From IMG/VR virus record IMGVR_UViG_3300001687_000013, positions 1 to 64,000 of that record: 64,000 bases of DNA; one strand, written 5' to 3'. Every line of letters starts with the position of its first letter. Within the stretch, counting starts at the first letter, position 1. Source of the stretch: a virus (taxonomy: Duplodnaviria; Caudoviricetes). Made by a program: the position numbers and the translations under genes. A model generated the notes under the pieces. It saw only the letters and a program-made list of their open reading frames with translations. It was not told the origin of the DNA and did not search any database. This document shows, piece after piece, positions 53,452-64,000 of the stretch.

Positions 53452-56400
53452 TTATACTGGTTCCACTGTAAAACCAGTTTTAGTAACACTAAGATTAAAA
53501 TTGATGAATTCAATATATCTTATTGGTTTTATAAATAGCCATACTACCAATTCATGATTATCAATAGCCGAAGCAGGATTATTAGTATTATCACAAATAA
53601 CCTTATATTCGTAAATCCCTTTTCTTGCCTTGATATTCTCTAACTTAGCTTCAAGTAAAGTTTGAAGAGTCCGTCTTGAAGTTTCATCATTTACTTCAAA
53701 CGTGAAATTTTCCAAATCTTCAGCCAAATTAGCAGCTATATAAATATTGAGTAATCTTACGTTCAATCTATCTAAAGAAGATGGTTTATTTAATAAACTC
53801 TTATAACTCCAAATATAAAGGCCCTGACCTTTTACAAATCGTATAGGGTTTATTCCAGCATCTACTAAAAGATCCATTTCTCCCGATTTAAATCTTTTAC
53901 TCAAATCAGAAGCTTCTATTTTTCCTCTTCTTTTTCCAGCAGCAGGAAACCAAATATCATAATTTGCATTGGTAGAAAAAATAGCAGATGCTACAAAACC
54001 ATCTGGGGATGTATAAATATATCTATCATTATATTTGTCATAAATCTTTATATGTGGACTAAAAAGACCACCATAAGAAGTGTTGACATTTAGTTCCTGT
54101 CTTCTGTAATCAACCAACTCATTTACAGCATCAGACGAAACTTCCCTGTTATATGGAGTGGATATTATCGGGACACAATCTTTCCTTGATTGACATAATT
54201 CAATCAGATTACTCTGAAAAGATGGAGTTACCCAACCACCATCCAAAAATAGGGTAATAGGTATATCATCCCTGTTCATAAATTTACTTAGAGCATGTAT
54301 CATATGCCCATCTCTAACAGGATAACCGTCTGAACCACGTCCTAAATTTAATTTAGTGACTTGTTCTTTAGGATATCCAGTTGAGAATTTATTATTATAT
54401 CCTCTGATATAATTTGATTTTTCTAAAACTACTTCAAGGTATAAATTTTGTCCATCTTTAGATCGTTTACCTTCATCTTTTGAACAAGTCCATTGTTCAA
54501 CAGGCTTAGTTTCAGAATTCTTATAAACTTCTATCAGAAAAGTATCCGATTCTTTAGCCCTTTTATAAAAAGGATCTATTTGATGAATACCTATACCTGA
54601 ATCAATCAAGTCTATAGCTGTTCCAGCTATAGCCTCTTCTTTGGTTTTCGCCAACTTTATAGTATTCTCATCAACATTTATTATATAATAGACACGTTCC
54701 TCTGTAAGAGGGTGTGGTAAAGTATCAGTAGAAGTCAAAACAACCTCTATACCAGTTGACCAATACTGGTTTACTGACAACTCATCTGTTGTATGGTCAG
54801 CTATAAAATATTCTCTGTCATAATATTTAAATAATTGTATAGAAATATCATTATTCCAACTACCAGGATTACTCCCAACTATGACTATACTTTGGTCATT
54901 GGTAGAGAATTCATAGTCATCAATATTTCTCAAAGCTAAACTTATAATTTCATTATTTTGTGCTGTATTTTCTTTGCCTAACACACATCCCCCATAACGA
55001 GCACTGTTAGGCACACGTAAAACCCATAACTTACTGTCTTTTTGTTGTAAATATGTTAAAGCTGAAAAATAAGCTAAACTATAGTTAATCTCTACTCTAT
55101 CATTAGGACTGAATATTCTTAAAAATTCAGCCACAGATGTACATAAATAAGGTTTATCAATAGGCCCTTTTCCTCCCCCAGTTTCAGGAATTAAAATGGC
55201 CCCATAAACACCTTGCCACGATCCTGAATATGAAGACCCAGTATCAAATTTTGGAAGAGGCCCTACTGAATCTTCAGGGGGTTCAACCTCCATTACCCAA
55301 ATACATGAAGACTCTGGGGTTAATAATATAGTCTCATCCCCAATATAAGGATAAACTTGAGGAGGAGTATAACCTTGATAATATAAATCCCAGGTTGTAT
55401 GTTCTTCCCTGAGAAATACTGAGTGTGATCCTGTTGTTCCATAAATAAAATCCAAAGGATATTTATCAACAGCTTTTGAATATACCCCATGAGGATCACC
55501 CCATGATAATCCATCATATTCAATACCCTCAAATACCCTGTCAGGTACTTCACCAGTATTATAAACTATTGCCAATTTGTCATCTGGCCCTGCTCCACCA
55601 ACAAAACCCCCAACATCATAATTATTATCTGTTATATTAGTGGGAGATCCCCATGATCCCCCACTTTTTCTATTCTCTATAATTTGCCGTTTAGAAGGAT
55701 AAGTACCATAACCAGTCTGTAACCAAGAAACTATTAAATTACCTGAAGTATCTTTCTCAAAGAAATGAGGAGCTTCTTTATTATCATAGATATTATTATC
55801 TATACTTACAGGAGTATTCCAACTCTCTGTTATAGTATTAAAAATTGCATATTTAATTTTTTTATCAGAAGTACCAATAATTCTTTCTTCATAAATAACA
55901 TGGATTTCGGAACCTATTAGAATACTTTTAAACTCATTATTCTGATATCCAAGAGGAGCAGCAAGTTCCCAGGTTATATTAGTTGTCCAATCAGTGGGCC
56001 AATCACCTGTACCTGTCCTTTTGAATATAATAAGTCTTCTATCAGCTTCATGTTCATATTTTATAATACATAGAACATAAACTTGATCATCAGATTCCCG
56101 TATGTGAGCTTTAGGCCATAATACATAATCAAAAGCTCCCTTATAAACAGTCTGAGTAGTCCCAAAGGAATGTGTAGAGGGATTATATGGTCTATAAAAG
56201 AGCTTACTTATAATCCCACCCCATGTTTTAGCATGATCTACAATATGTATTGTATCATTCCAGGGAGTGTGTGTCAAAGAACCAGCATAATAATATCCCC
56301 AGTGAACACCTTGGTTATTCCATGTTGCTCCATTGTCACTTGAATAGGACAAATGAACATTATACTCATTAGGGGGAGGCCCCATTGTATATACAACATA

Positions 56401-56487
56401 AAGTTCTCCTGAATTTGACCTACAAACTTTTGATTGACGAATATATGTTGTACCAATATTCAAATTTTGATATATTTCAATTGACAT
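53452..56487 (-). CDS. tail sheath protein with N-terminal beta-propeller
   Basis: LWVLRV; PGSWNNDI; RKDC; SPDGFVA; WFPAAGKRRG; GINPI; LDRLNVRLL; FEVND; VICD.TNN; IKP..IEFI. Confidence 0.85.
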   Translation of the reverse strand: MSIEIYQNLNIGTTYIRQSKVCRSNSGELYVVYTMGPPPNEYNVHLSYSSDNGATWNNQGVHWGYYYAGSLTHTPWNDTIHIVDHAKTWGGIISKLFYRPYNPSTHSFGTTQTVYKGAFDYVLWPKAHIRESDDQVYVLCIIKYEHEADRRLIIFKRTGTGDWPTDWTTNITWELAAPLGYQNNEFKSILIGSEIHVIYEERIIGTSDKKIKYAIFNTITESWNTPVSIDNNIYDNKEAPHFFEKDTSGNLIVSWLQTGYGTYPSKRQIIENRKSGGSWGSPTNITDNNYDVGGFVGGAGPDDKLAIVYNTGEVPDRVFEGIEYDGLSWGDPHGVYSKAVDKYPLDFIYGTTGSHSVFLREEHTTWDLYYQGYTPPQVYPYIGDETILLTPESSCIWVMEVEPPEDSVGPLPKFDTGSSYSGSWQGVYGAILIPETGGGKGPIDKPYLCTSVAEFLRIFSPNDRVEINYSLAYFSALTYLQQKDSKLWVLRVPNSARYGGCVLGKENTAQNNEIISLALRNIDDYEFSTNDQSIVIVGSNPGSWNNDISIQLFKYYDREYFIADHTTDELSVNQYWSTGIEVVLTSTDTLPHPLTEERVYYIINVDENTIKLAKTKEEAIAGTAIDLIDSGIGIHQIDPFYKRAKESDTFLIEVYKNSETKPVEQWTCSKDEGKRSKDGQNLYLEVVLEKSNYIRGYNNKFSTGYPKEQVTKLNLGRGSDGYPVRDGHMIHALSKFMNRDDIPITLFLDGGWVTPSFQSNLIELCQSRKDCVPIISTPYNREVSSDAVNELVDYRRQELNVNTSYGGLFSPHIKIYDKYNDRYIYTSPDGFVASAIFSTNANYDIWFPAAGKRRGKIEASDLSKRFKSGEMDLLVDAGINPIRFVKGQGLYIWSYKSLLNKPSSLDRLNVRLLNIYIAANLAEDLENFTFEVNDETSRRTLQTLLEAKLENIKARKGIYEYKVICDNTNNPASAIDNHELVVWLFIKPIRYIEFINFNLSVTKTGFTVEPV

Positions 56488-57344
56488 TATTCAATAGTTT
56501 CCTCTATTTTAACACCTAAAACCCCAAAAATAACAGGAGTTATTTTTTCCCTTTTATGGATCATAAAATAATCCCCTATAATTTCTGGTGTAATAATAGA
56601 ATCACCAGAATAGGTATATATAATAACTGTTCCAGAACCTTGATAAATACCTATATTGCTTGTTCCTGCCCCAATACAAGGAGAGCTACTCTTAAGTCTA
56701 AAATCATTATTAAGAACATCTTCAAATACTGGGTCAAGTTCTATACTACCAATACCAGGAATTCCTGAAAAATTTGTAGTACATCCATATGCACAATTAT
56801 GATGATTAACTCCATCTGTAACAATACCTATATGACATTCAAGTGCTATACAATCGTAAACCTCAATTCCTGGCCCTGATCTAAATCCTGCATATGTACT
56901 TGTTAATTTATAGGCTACACAATTCTTAAAAACTATGTTATTACAAGAAACATCAGTAACCTGACCACTTGATCCTTCTTTTAGTAATATATTCTGGAAA
57001 TTAATATCATGGACTGAAGCTGTAGTCCTAATCAGATAAGCTATTGACATATTCTTCCAAGTTGTAAAATTACCTGACCCATTACAGACTATCGAAATTA
57101 CCTCTACTGAATTAATCCCATCAAATATAGTATTAATATCCATATCAGGATAACCAGTAATGATAGTTTCTTCATCAAAATTTGGTGGTGACACTTGTTC
57201 ACTATACACCCCTGGCCCTACCTCTATAGTATCCCCACTTGAAATATTATCAACAGCATATTGGATAGTCAACCACGAATCTTCCCAGGAAGTTCCACCA
57301 TTTCCATTATCTCCTGATTTTGATACATAGTACGTACTTGCCAA
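56487..57344 (-). CDS. pectin-lyase-like beta-helix protein
   Basis: YYVSKSG.N..G.SW...TIQYA...GDTI.V.PG.Y.E; DP.F...DFRL..SSPCI.AG. Confidence 0.8.
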   Translation of the reverse strand: MASTYYVSKSGDNGNGGTSWEDSWLTIQYAVDNISSGDTIEVGPGVYSEQVSPPNFDEETIITGYPDMDINTIFDGINSVEVISIVCNGSGNFTTWKNMSIAYLIRTTASVHDINFQNILLKEGSSGQVTDVSCNNIVFKNCVAYKLTSTYAGFRSGPGIEVYDCIALECHIGIVTDGVNHHNCAYGCTTNFSGIPGIGSIELDPVFEDVLNNDFRLKSSSPCIGAGTSNIGIYQGSGTVIIYTYSGDSIITPEIIGDYFMIHKREKITPVIFGVLGVKIEETIE

Positions 57345-57357
57345 TTTTATCTCCCGT

Positions 57358-57762
57358 TTATGCTACCTGTATATTAGCAGTTATTTTTATTTGATCTGTA
57401 TCCTGTACGTCATAAGGCCCATCACTAAATTGTTCAACGTATAATAACTGTCCAGCAGTTCCACTTGCTACATTACAAATGAAATAACCATAACAGTTTC
57501 CCCATGCTCCACCAGAAGCTTCAAAAGTCTGTTGAGCATAACCAGCAGCATCAGCTACTATTGTCCAACTCCCACGAGTAAGAGCTATTCTTGCATAACC
57601 AAAACTTGAGGGTTCAGTCAAATCTGTAAGATCAGCATCTTCTGGTGGTTCTGAAGTTGGAGCAGTATAAATACCCAAATAAAGTGTTGTATCAAAACTT
57701 GTACTTCCAAATAATTGATTAAGGATTCTATTTTCACCCTCATCGACTAATTTTCCTGCCAT
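57358..57762 (-). CDS. conserved phage tail/structural protein
   Basis: LYLGIYT...E.S..GYAR...W...F.A.G..WG. Confidence 0.7.
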   Translation of the reverse strand: MAGKLVDEGENRILNQLFGSTSFDTTLYLGIYTAPTSEPPEDADLTDLTEPSSFGYARIALTRGSWTIVADAAGYAQQTFEASGGAWGNCYGYFICNVASGTAGQLLYVEQFSDGPYDVQDTDQIKITANIQVA

Positions 57763-57775
57763 TTAAAAAATCTCC

Positions 57776-58207
57776 TTAAAATGTGATAGTTATTGCATCC
57801 AACTCTTCTTTAGTAGTTACTGCATTAATTTGAGTTTCATAAGTATTAGATTGTGTTCTAATATTTTGTCTCTCATCAAGCAGGGCCAGATATTCTGTTT
57901 CAGACATATCTGGCTCTAAACTTGCATCTATTTGATCTCTATATTTTATAACTTTCCAATCAGTGTCACTTAACTTCTGGAAAGCCAGATCTTTTATCTC
58001 TAAAATTTTCCTGGATTTAAATTCAGATAGACCATATTGATTAACAATACTTTCTTCATTTCCATTATTTAAAGCATCTATGATGATATCAGCCTCTTCA
58101 TCTGTTACCTCAATAAGAGGTAAAGTAGGAGTAATAGTATCTTCTGCATGAATAAGACCAATGTGTAAAACCTTTTTAGTATTAATATCTATACTTAAAT
58201 ATTTCAT
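57776..58207 (-). CDS. tail fibre assembly chaperone-like protein
   Basis: LSDTDWKV...RQ.IR; follows large fibre gene. Confidence 0.65.
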   Translation of the reverse strand: MKYLSIDINTKKVLHIGLIHAEDTITPTLPLIEVTDEEADIIIDALNNGNEESIVNQYGLSEFKSRKILEIKDLAFQKLSDTDWKVIKYRDQIDASLEPDMSETEYLALLDERQNIRTQSNTYETQINAVTTKEELDAITITF

Positions 58208-58215
58208 ATTATCTC

Positions 58216-61200
58216 CTAAACTACAGTCACAAGATATGGAGGTGTAATAAATGTAATATTATAGTAGTAACCTGTATCTTTTTCTCTACCAAGTATTCTA
58301 AAATATTGAACATCTGCTCTCCAATCATGATTTGGATTATTAGCATAAAGCTGCAATAAATCACCATCTTGCCATCCAGATACATCCTCCGTAAATGCAA
58401 CATAACCTGAACTAACATGAACTACTCTTTCAGTTCCCACAGGTTCTCCATTTCTATATATATTACAATAAGCAAAATCACCCGTTGACCTTAGTTGATA
58501 ATAAATTCTTAGTGTTGCCCCTGATCCTCCTGGTACACGATTAAGAAGTAATTCTTTATATAATCTTGGAATTGTCACTGGATAAAAGAATTTGTTAGCA
58601 TCACTTGACATTACTATATAAGAAGTCCCTATATCATCTTGATAATCAAGATACTCAGGATAACACATTTCCCAAGGTGGAAGTTCACCAGAAATAGCTT
58701 CTTCATTTATCTTTTCAGTATAATCAATAGTTTCATTTCTACCAACTTCATGCCAAACATTATCTTTTCTACGAAAACGAACTGAAGCACCAGGATCTAA
58801 ATCAATATCCCTTCTATCATGAAGTCTCAATTCATCATTATCATATTCTATAGTAACTTCTGGGCCATATCTGAAACTCCATATATCAGAATCATCAATA
58901 CCACCAGACATACCTGCATATAGTTTACCTTCAAACTCTTCCATAGACCTTACATTATTATAACCAGTTGTCCAAGAGTTGTAAATTCCACTACCTGCTA
59001 TTTTTGTCCAACTTATACCATCAAATTCCCAGATATCATCGTCAACACCAGCATATAATTTACCATTATAAACTTTAAGACTGTCTACATCATTCCCACT
59101 TGACCATGATCCTCTAATACCATCTCCACCTACTTGTTCCCACTTTATATCACCAGTAGATGTACAAGATAGCATCCAAACTTTTGCTGGTACTCTAAGT
59201 CCAACAAATAATCTGTCATTATAGACTTCTAAACATCGAGCATCTTCATAACCTGCTCCCCAGGAGTCATAAACACCATCTCCACCTACTTTACTCCAAG
59301 TTCCTGATCCTTTATAACTCATCCAAACTTCAGCTTGATCAGTAGCTCCACCTACAGCAGCAAACAAATTACGTCTATATTCTTTAAGTGCCCAAACATC
59401 ATCATGAGTAGTTCCAAAATCATGAACTAATGACCAAGTTGTTGTAGCACAACTATATTTCCAAATTTGAGCATGAGCAGCACTGGCTGGGCCACCTATA
59501 GCTGCAAATAAACTATGTCTTTGACCATAAGTCCTTGGAGACCATGCACCAGTAAATTGTTCTAAAGCTATTTGTACAAGATCTCTAACTTCAAAACTTG
59601 TATTAACCCAAGAACTATTGACTCCATCTCCACCTATTTTAGTCCAGTTACCAATAGTACCAGTATACATATATACATCATCGTCAACACCAGCATATAA
59701 TTTTGATGTTGAATCATCACTATATTCAGCTAAAGCTCCAATAGTAGTATTTCCAGACCAAGCACCAGTATCACTAATATCTGTCCAAGTAGAACCATTC
59801 CATTGATAAACTTTTGCATTACCACCAGCTAATCCACTTGTACCAGCATAAAGAAATGTACTATATTTATATAATGACTCTACAGTTACATAACCCCAAT
59901 CACCTATCATATTCCAATCAGGATCTTGGAGTGATTGTACAGTCAACTCACTTCCATTAGTAAGTACCGTACTTGGAATATCATCTATAATTTGATCAGA
60001 AGAAACATATAAAAGACCTGCATCTGGATTATCCGTTTCAGAATATTCAGCTTGATTCTTAACATTAGCAGGTTGAGCTAAAGTTTTTAAATATGCAATA
60101 TCTGAGGCATTATTTATTTCAACCCAAGTATTATCAATATTTCTTAATATAAGTGTTTTACCAGCTTGTAAAAGCATAGGAGAAACTGAACCTTCAGATA
60201 ATTCTATATTTCCAGTTGTAGAAATATTAACAGGCTCATAGGCATAAATACAAAGAATATCTCCATATTCCTGAGGTTCAGAAGTAGTATATCCAATAAT
60301 ATTATTTAATGTGTGAAGTGTTGTGTCATATATTTCTACACAACCCACTCTTCTGTTATCCAATACCAATGATGGATATTGACCTTCAAGTTCACCACCA
60401 GTAGCAATAGGCTCTAATGTCCAACTTGTTCCATTATAGATTGCAAGATAAGAATCAGCAGTGCTTTGTCTATAATAGAGTATCCTTGGAAGATAATTAT
60501 CAGTAACAGCAATTGAAGTACCCATACCAACATTACCAGTATCCACAGTGGTACTAACCCAACTTCCAGTTTTGTTGGTAGAATAATTTAAAGCTTGATC
60601 AGTGTCTAAATGACAACTTATATATGCTTTTCCAGTGTCATCTCGTGCTAAAGAAACAAATCTTACTGACTGAGCAGTAGGATTAGCATCTTCTACAGTC
60701 CAACTTACAACTCTATAAGCATATTTCAATCCAGTAGTATCACTGGCATATGCAACCATTTCCCCAGATCCACCAGGATAATTTAGTTGCAATTTAACAT
60801 ATTTACCACTATTTGAAGCATCTATTGTTTGAAAATTCCAAACATATGAACTATCATGATAAACATATTTTAACTCATCTTTTGAATAAGCTATATGAGC
60901 TTTGTGATCAGAGCTTAATTTAAGATCAATGTAGAGAATAGAATCTGTATGAGTATCAACAATTTCATTTACCCATTTTCCACTTCTATTATTAGCATAT
61001 TTCAAATTATGCTTAGATCCATAAGCTATGTGAATAAAACCTTCTTCATCAAAGTCCATACCATGAGTATTTGAATCTACATCAACAGCATCTACCTGTT
61101 CTATCTTCCAAACACCTCTAAATGTTTCACCATATTTATAATAGTCATTTCTATTAGTAGCATAATATAAATAATTAGCACCATCAATAGTTTTTTCATA

Positions 61201-62265
61201 AGTAACATGAATATATCCAGCGTCATCCATTAAAGCACAGATGTCACCAGCTATATTATCATCAACAGTCCTTTCAGAATAATAACTAACTCCAAATCTT
61301 TCTATATAGATAAGATCATTTAGAGTACCATTAAAAAAGAACATGTGTTCATTTTCACGTCTTACAGAGATCTTACTGTTATAAACAGTAGTTTCCCTTT
61401 TAGTAAGATCAGAACATGCCACAGCAGCAATAGCTGTTTTTAAGTCAGTGTAACTTTTACTACCAGCTATAGCTTCAGCAATATCATTTTCTATACCAGA
61501 AGTTGCTGTCTTAAAATAAGCTTTTTCTCTTAAATCAATAATATTGTATGTATAAACAGTATTATCACTTAAAGGTCTAAGAATCTTACATATAGGTAAA
61601 GCCACTACTTCACCAGTAGCATCATCAAAATCATTAACAGTACCTTGATAATACCATACTTTTCTATCATCATCCCAGGAAAAAGTATTTACTGAAGGAG
61701 ATCCTTGTTTACCTTGTACAGTAGCGTTAGCCATGTCCTCTTCGTCTTCAATATACCGAGTTCGGTATCTTACTTGAAGACGGTTTGTCATTTCATCAGC
61801 TTTTGAGGGATCTATAACATCACTTGCATATTCACCAGCATTGTAATAATCAACATTACCATACTTGTGAACAATTGAAGGAGGCCCATCAACTACTTCG
61901 ACCCACACTTCCACAAATACCAAGTCATATCTGGGATCACCCACTGTAGGAGCAGCACCTAAAGTTATAGTGTTATCTACATCAAATGAACCGTCCCATG
62001 TACTCAGAAGACCATTAGCTAAAAATTCACTTGCTCCCATTCTAAATTGATTATCAGTCAGTGGAGAAGTAAAACTACCAAGTACAGTCCAACCATTGGT
62101 ATAGAATCTATTAACTGTATCAAGAAGTCTTGATATCTGAATATTCTGCATCAAATTAACATCTTGATCCAAGACTAATTTACCATAACCAATAGGATTT
62201 CCATAGTAGTTTCTATCCTCTGTAGGTAGTCCAAATGGTTGTCCATTTCTTGAATAATCTATCAT
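58216..62265 (-). CDS. large baseplate/fibre protein with multiple beta-propellers
   Basis: N-terminal GK.VLD.D.N..Q and R.DLVF.EVW; H(I/V).Y...L.YA...W blades; LYAG...W..(I/V)GG.G blades. Confidence 0.75.
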   Translation of the reverse strand: MIDYSRNGQPFGLPTEDRNYYGNPIGYGKLVLDQDVNLMQNIQISRLLDTVNRFYTNGWTVLGSFTSPLTDNQFRMGASEFLANGLLSTWDGSFDVDNTITLGAAPTVGDPRYDLVFVEVWVEVVDGPPSIVHKYGNVDYYNAGEYASDVIDPSKADEMTNRLQVRYRTRYIEDEEDMANATVQGKQGSPSVNTFSWDDDRKVWYYQGTVNDFDDATGEVVALPICKILRPLSDNTVYTYNIIDLREKAYFKTATSGIENDIAEAIAGSKSYTDLKTAIAAVACSDLTKRETTVYNSKISVRRENEHMFFFNGTLNDLIYIERFGVSYYSERTVDDNIAGDICALMDDAGYIHVTYEKTIDGANYLYYATNRNDYYKYGETFRGVWKIEQVDAVDVDSNTHGMDFDEEGFIHIAYGSKHNLKYANNRSGKWVNEIVDTHTDSILYIDLKLSSDHKAHIAYSKDELKYVYHDSSYVWNFQTIDASNSGKYVKLQLNYPGGSGEMVAYASDTTGLKYAYRVVSWTVEDANPTAQSVRFVSLARDDTGKAYISCHLDTDQALNYSTNKTGSWVSTTVDTGNVGMGTSIAVTDNYLPRILYYRQSTADSYLAIYNGTSWTLEPIATGGELEGQYPSLVLDNRRVGCVEIYDTTLHTLNNIIGYTTSEPQEYGDILCIYAYEPVNISTTGNIELSEGSVSPMLLQAGKTLILRNIDNTWVEINNASDIAYLKTLAQPANVKNQAEYSETDNPDAGLLYVSSDQIIDDIPSTVLTNGSELTVQSLQDPDWNMIGDWGYVTVESLYKYSTFLYAGTSGLAGGNAKVYQWNGSTWTDISDTGAWSGNTTIGALAEYSDDSTSKLYAGVDDDVYMYTGTIGNWTKIGGDGVNSSWVNTSFEVRDLVQIALEQFTGAWSPRTYGQRHSLFAAIGGPASAAHAQIWKYSCATTTWSLVHDFGTTHDDVWALKEYRRNLFAAVGGATDQAEVWMSYKGSGTWSKVGGDGVYDSWGAGYEDARCLEVYNDRLFVGLRVPAKVWMLSCTSTGDIKWEQVGGDGIRGSWSSGNDVDSLKVYNGKLYAGVDDDIWEFDGISWTKIAGSGIYNSWTTGYNNVRSMEEFEGKLYAGMSGGIDDSDIWSFRYGPEVTIEYDNDELRLHDRRDIDLDPGASVRFRRKDNVWHEVGRNETIDYTEKINEEAISGELPPWEMCYPEYLDYQDDIGTSYIVMSSDANKFFYPVTIPRLYKELLLNRVPGGSGATLRIYYQLRSTGDFAYCNIYRNGEPVGTERVVHVSSGYVAFTEDVSGWQDGDLLQLYANNPNHDWRADVQYFRILGREKDTGYYYNITFITPPYLVTVV

Positions 62266-62274
62266 AATTACCTC

Positions 62275-63297
62275 TTATAATGTTAATCTCAATTTTCTGG
62301 TTAATACCATATCAGCAGGAGGTACAACATTCAAACTGATTAATGAGTGTGCTTTATGATTAACCATAATCCCCGTATTTGGGGAACTTGTAGCAGATCC
62401 ACCAACTAAAGTAAATTCTCTTAAATAAGCAGAAACGTCTGTTCCGAATACTGCTTCTATTTCTAATCGATTTGTAATATCAGTTACAATATTTGAATTT
62501 CTATCAATAAAATTTATTGTAACAGGTTTTCTTGTGTCACCTGAAACTGTTGTTTCAGAATATAATTGTTGAAAAGCCCAACCTTGTTGAGTTACATTAA
62601 AAGCCCCTGCTCCCCAACCTGTATCTCCATCTTCTGCATCGGTAACTGGCCCATCTTCTACACAGGTAACAGTCATTACAGCAGCTACAGACCCAGCATT
62701 ATAGTCAGACTTAAGGTCTAACTGTGTAGCTGTAGCAGAAGCTACATCATCAGCACTATCACCAGTTGTTATAGCAACTTCTATAGCTGTTCTTCCAGAT
62801 GGAGCAGGTGAAGGCCCAGTGCCCCCACCACTCACATTATACCAAACATAATATGAATCGGTAGGACTATCAATCAACCAATATTTATTATTAAGACTTC
62901 CAGCCACATCAGCTTGACAAGTTATTTGTGTAATTTCTGGTGCCCCTCTAACTGGTAGATTCTCATCTAAAGATTTTTGTGCTCTCTGAGAGGGTGTCAT
63001 ACCATCCCATGAAGAGGTTTGAGGAGTTCCAACCCATTCTCCTTGTCCTATTGCCCAGTAAAGAATACCACTATCATAACTTGTATGTTCTTTAAGCATA
63101 CATGCCACAAGTCGTCCAAAGTCCATAACTATTCTGTTATGACCAGTAATAATAGTCCTCTTTCCAGAAGCAGTATAATAGATTTCATCTATTAATTCCC
63201 CAGTAACCAATCTACCATTACCTTCTTCATATAAATATGTCAAATCACATAAATCATATGATTGTGTTCTATTAACTAATCTTGTTATTTCTCTCAT
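62275..63297 (-). CDS. baseplate/tail-fibre attachment protein with inserted domain
   Basis: HN.I...YWAIG.G; LREF.LVGG...G.M.N...LTR.LRLTL. Confidence 0.65.
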   Translation of the reverse strand: MREITRLVNRTQSYDLCDLTYLYEEGNGRLVTGELIDEIYYTASGKRTIITGHNRIVMDFGRLVACMLKEHTSYDSGILYWAIGQGEWVGTPQTSSWDGMTPSQRAQKSLDENLPVRGAPEITQITCQADVAGSLNNKYWLIDSPTDSYYVWYNVSGGGTGPSPAPSGRTAIEVAITTGDSADDVASATATQLDLKSDYNAGSVAAVMTVTCVEDGPVTDAEDGDTGWGAGAFNVTQQGWAFQQLYSETTVSGDTRKPVTINFIDRNSNIVTDITNRLEIEAVFGTDVSAYLREFTLVGGSATSSPNTGIMVNHKAHSLISLNVVPPADMVLTRKLRLTL

Positions 63298-63340
63298 TCT
63301 TATCTCCCAATATTCTTATAAATTGAATAATTAAATATAT

Positions 63341-64000
63341 TTATGGTGTAATAGTATCTTCCCAAGTATCCCAAGGTTGAATTAATCCAGCAGTACGAAA
63401 TGGATAAGCAGCATCTATAGAAAGAACATGGGCATCATTAGTGCTACATTCATCACAATTTGTTATACAACCAGGAGCAAAAACCTGATCCTCTATAATA
63501 TATGTCTGATCCCCTGTTTGATTAAAATCTTCCCTTAAACAATATTCTTCCCAAACAGCACTTCCATCACCAACTGACCCAGAATCAGGCCAAATAGGTT
63601 CAGTTCCACCACTGATTCCCCCAGTGGTACAAATAAAAGCATGTCCGTTATCATTATCATCTGTAGGAATTAAAAAATCTCCTTCAGCATAAAGTGTAGT
63701 TGATTCCCATGTGTGATACCAAATTGTACTATAATCTGGACTATCAACTACTAACTCATCAAGATATTCATCCCATAGAGACTTCCCATATTCCATCCAG
63801 GTTATTGTATTATCTAAAACAATGTCTTCTGAGTCAGTAGGCCATACAGGTTCTACTAATCCACTTTTACCACTGGTTAAACACAAATAACCATGACTAT
63901 TTTCATTTGGATAAGATGGTAAAATTACATCTCCTAAGGCATATTCTGTATCAGGTTGCCAATTAGGATACCAATCTTCAGCCCAAATTGTTGTCCAATT
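63341..64000 (-). CDS. C-terminal part of a baseplate-type protein with CBM5/12-like repeats (5' end outside window)
   Basis: frame open to window edge; two repeats W...T.Y..GD...P...H...C.T.G.SG..EP.WP. Confidence 0.7.
   Translation of the reverse strand, partial: NWTTIWAEDWYPNWQPDTEYALGDVILPSYPNENSHGYLCLTSGKSGLVEPVWPTDSEDIVLDNTITWMEYGKSLWDEYLDELVVDSPDYSTIWYHTWESTTLYAEGDFLIPTDDNDNGHAFICTTGGISGGTEPIWPDSGSVGDGSAVWEEYCLREDFNQTGDQTYIIEDQVFAPGCITNCDECSTNDAHVLSIDAAYPFRTAGLIQPWDTWEDTITP

Noticed and set aside
1218-59806. Plus-strand ORFs antisense to minus-strand genes (e.g. 1218-1454, 12150-12368, 15525-15854, 36238-36624)
   Set aside because: Shadow frames of real genes; Ser/Ile/Phe-rich, no RBS
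36186-62265. Diversity-generating retroelement acting on fibre genes
   Set aside because: No reverse transcriptase and no near-identical template/variable repeat pair seen in this window
1-64000. Stop-codon reassignment
   Set aside because: Long structural genes are intact in code 11, and TAA, TAG and TGA all occur at tight gene junctions

Overview
AT-rich segment of a large myovirus-type (T4-like or jumbo) phage genome, almost all on the minus strand and in the standard genetic code. Right part (~36-64 kb): virion structural module with baseplate-, fibre- and beta-propeller proteins, a tail-sheath protein carrying an extra N-terminal propeller, a gp68-like prohead core protein, a J-domain protein and a thermonuclease. 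Left part (~0.9-35 kb): a dense, translationally coupled array in which about 60-65 mostly unrelated proteins share a 10-14 aa N-terminal leader, M-x-K-[AS]-x-[DEK]-[ILV]-L-x-[LI]-[ILMF]-(x)-E. By analogy to the T4 internal-protein capsid-targeting sequence (removed by the prohead protease after Glu), I infer a very large set of head-packaged, injected proteins. Cargo includes a RimK ligase-protease fusion, three adjacent ADP-ribosyltransferase-like proteins, a ParB/Srx-like protein and several SH3-like barrels. Three tRNAs (Thr, Pro, Asp) lie inside the array. A plus-strand island (~5.0-6.7 kb) holds a sigma-54-type promoter, two micro membrane peptides and ~0.9 kb of structured non-coding sequence, including a duplicated pseudoknot motif and a circularly permuted tRNA mimic resembling YrlA Y RNA. 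All family calls come from motif recognition by eye; no searches were run.
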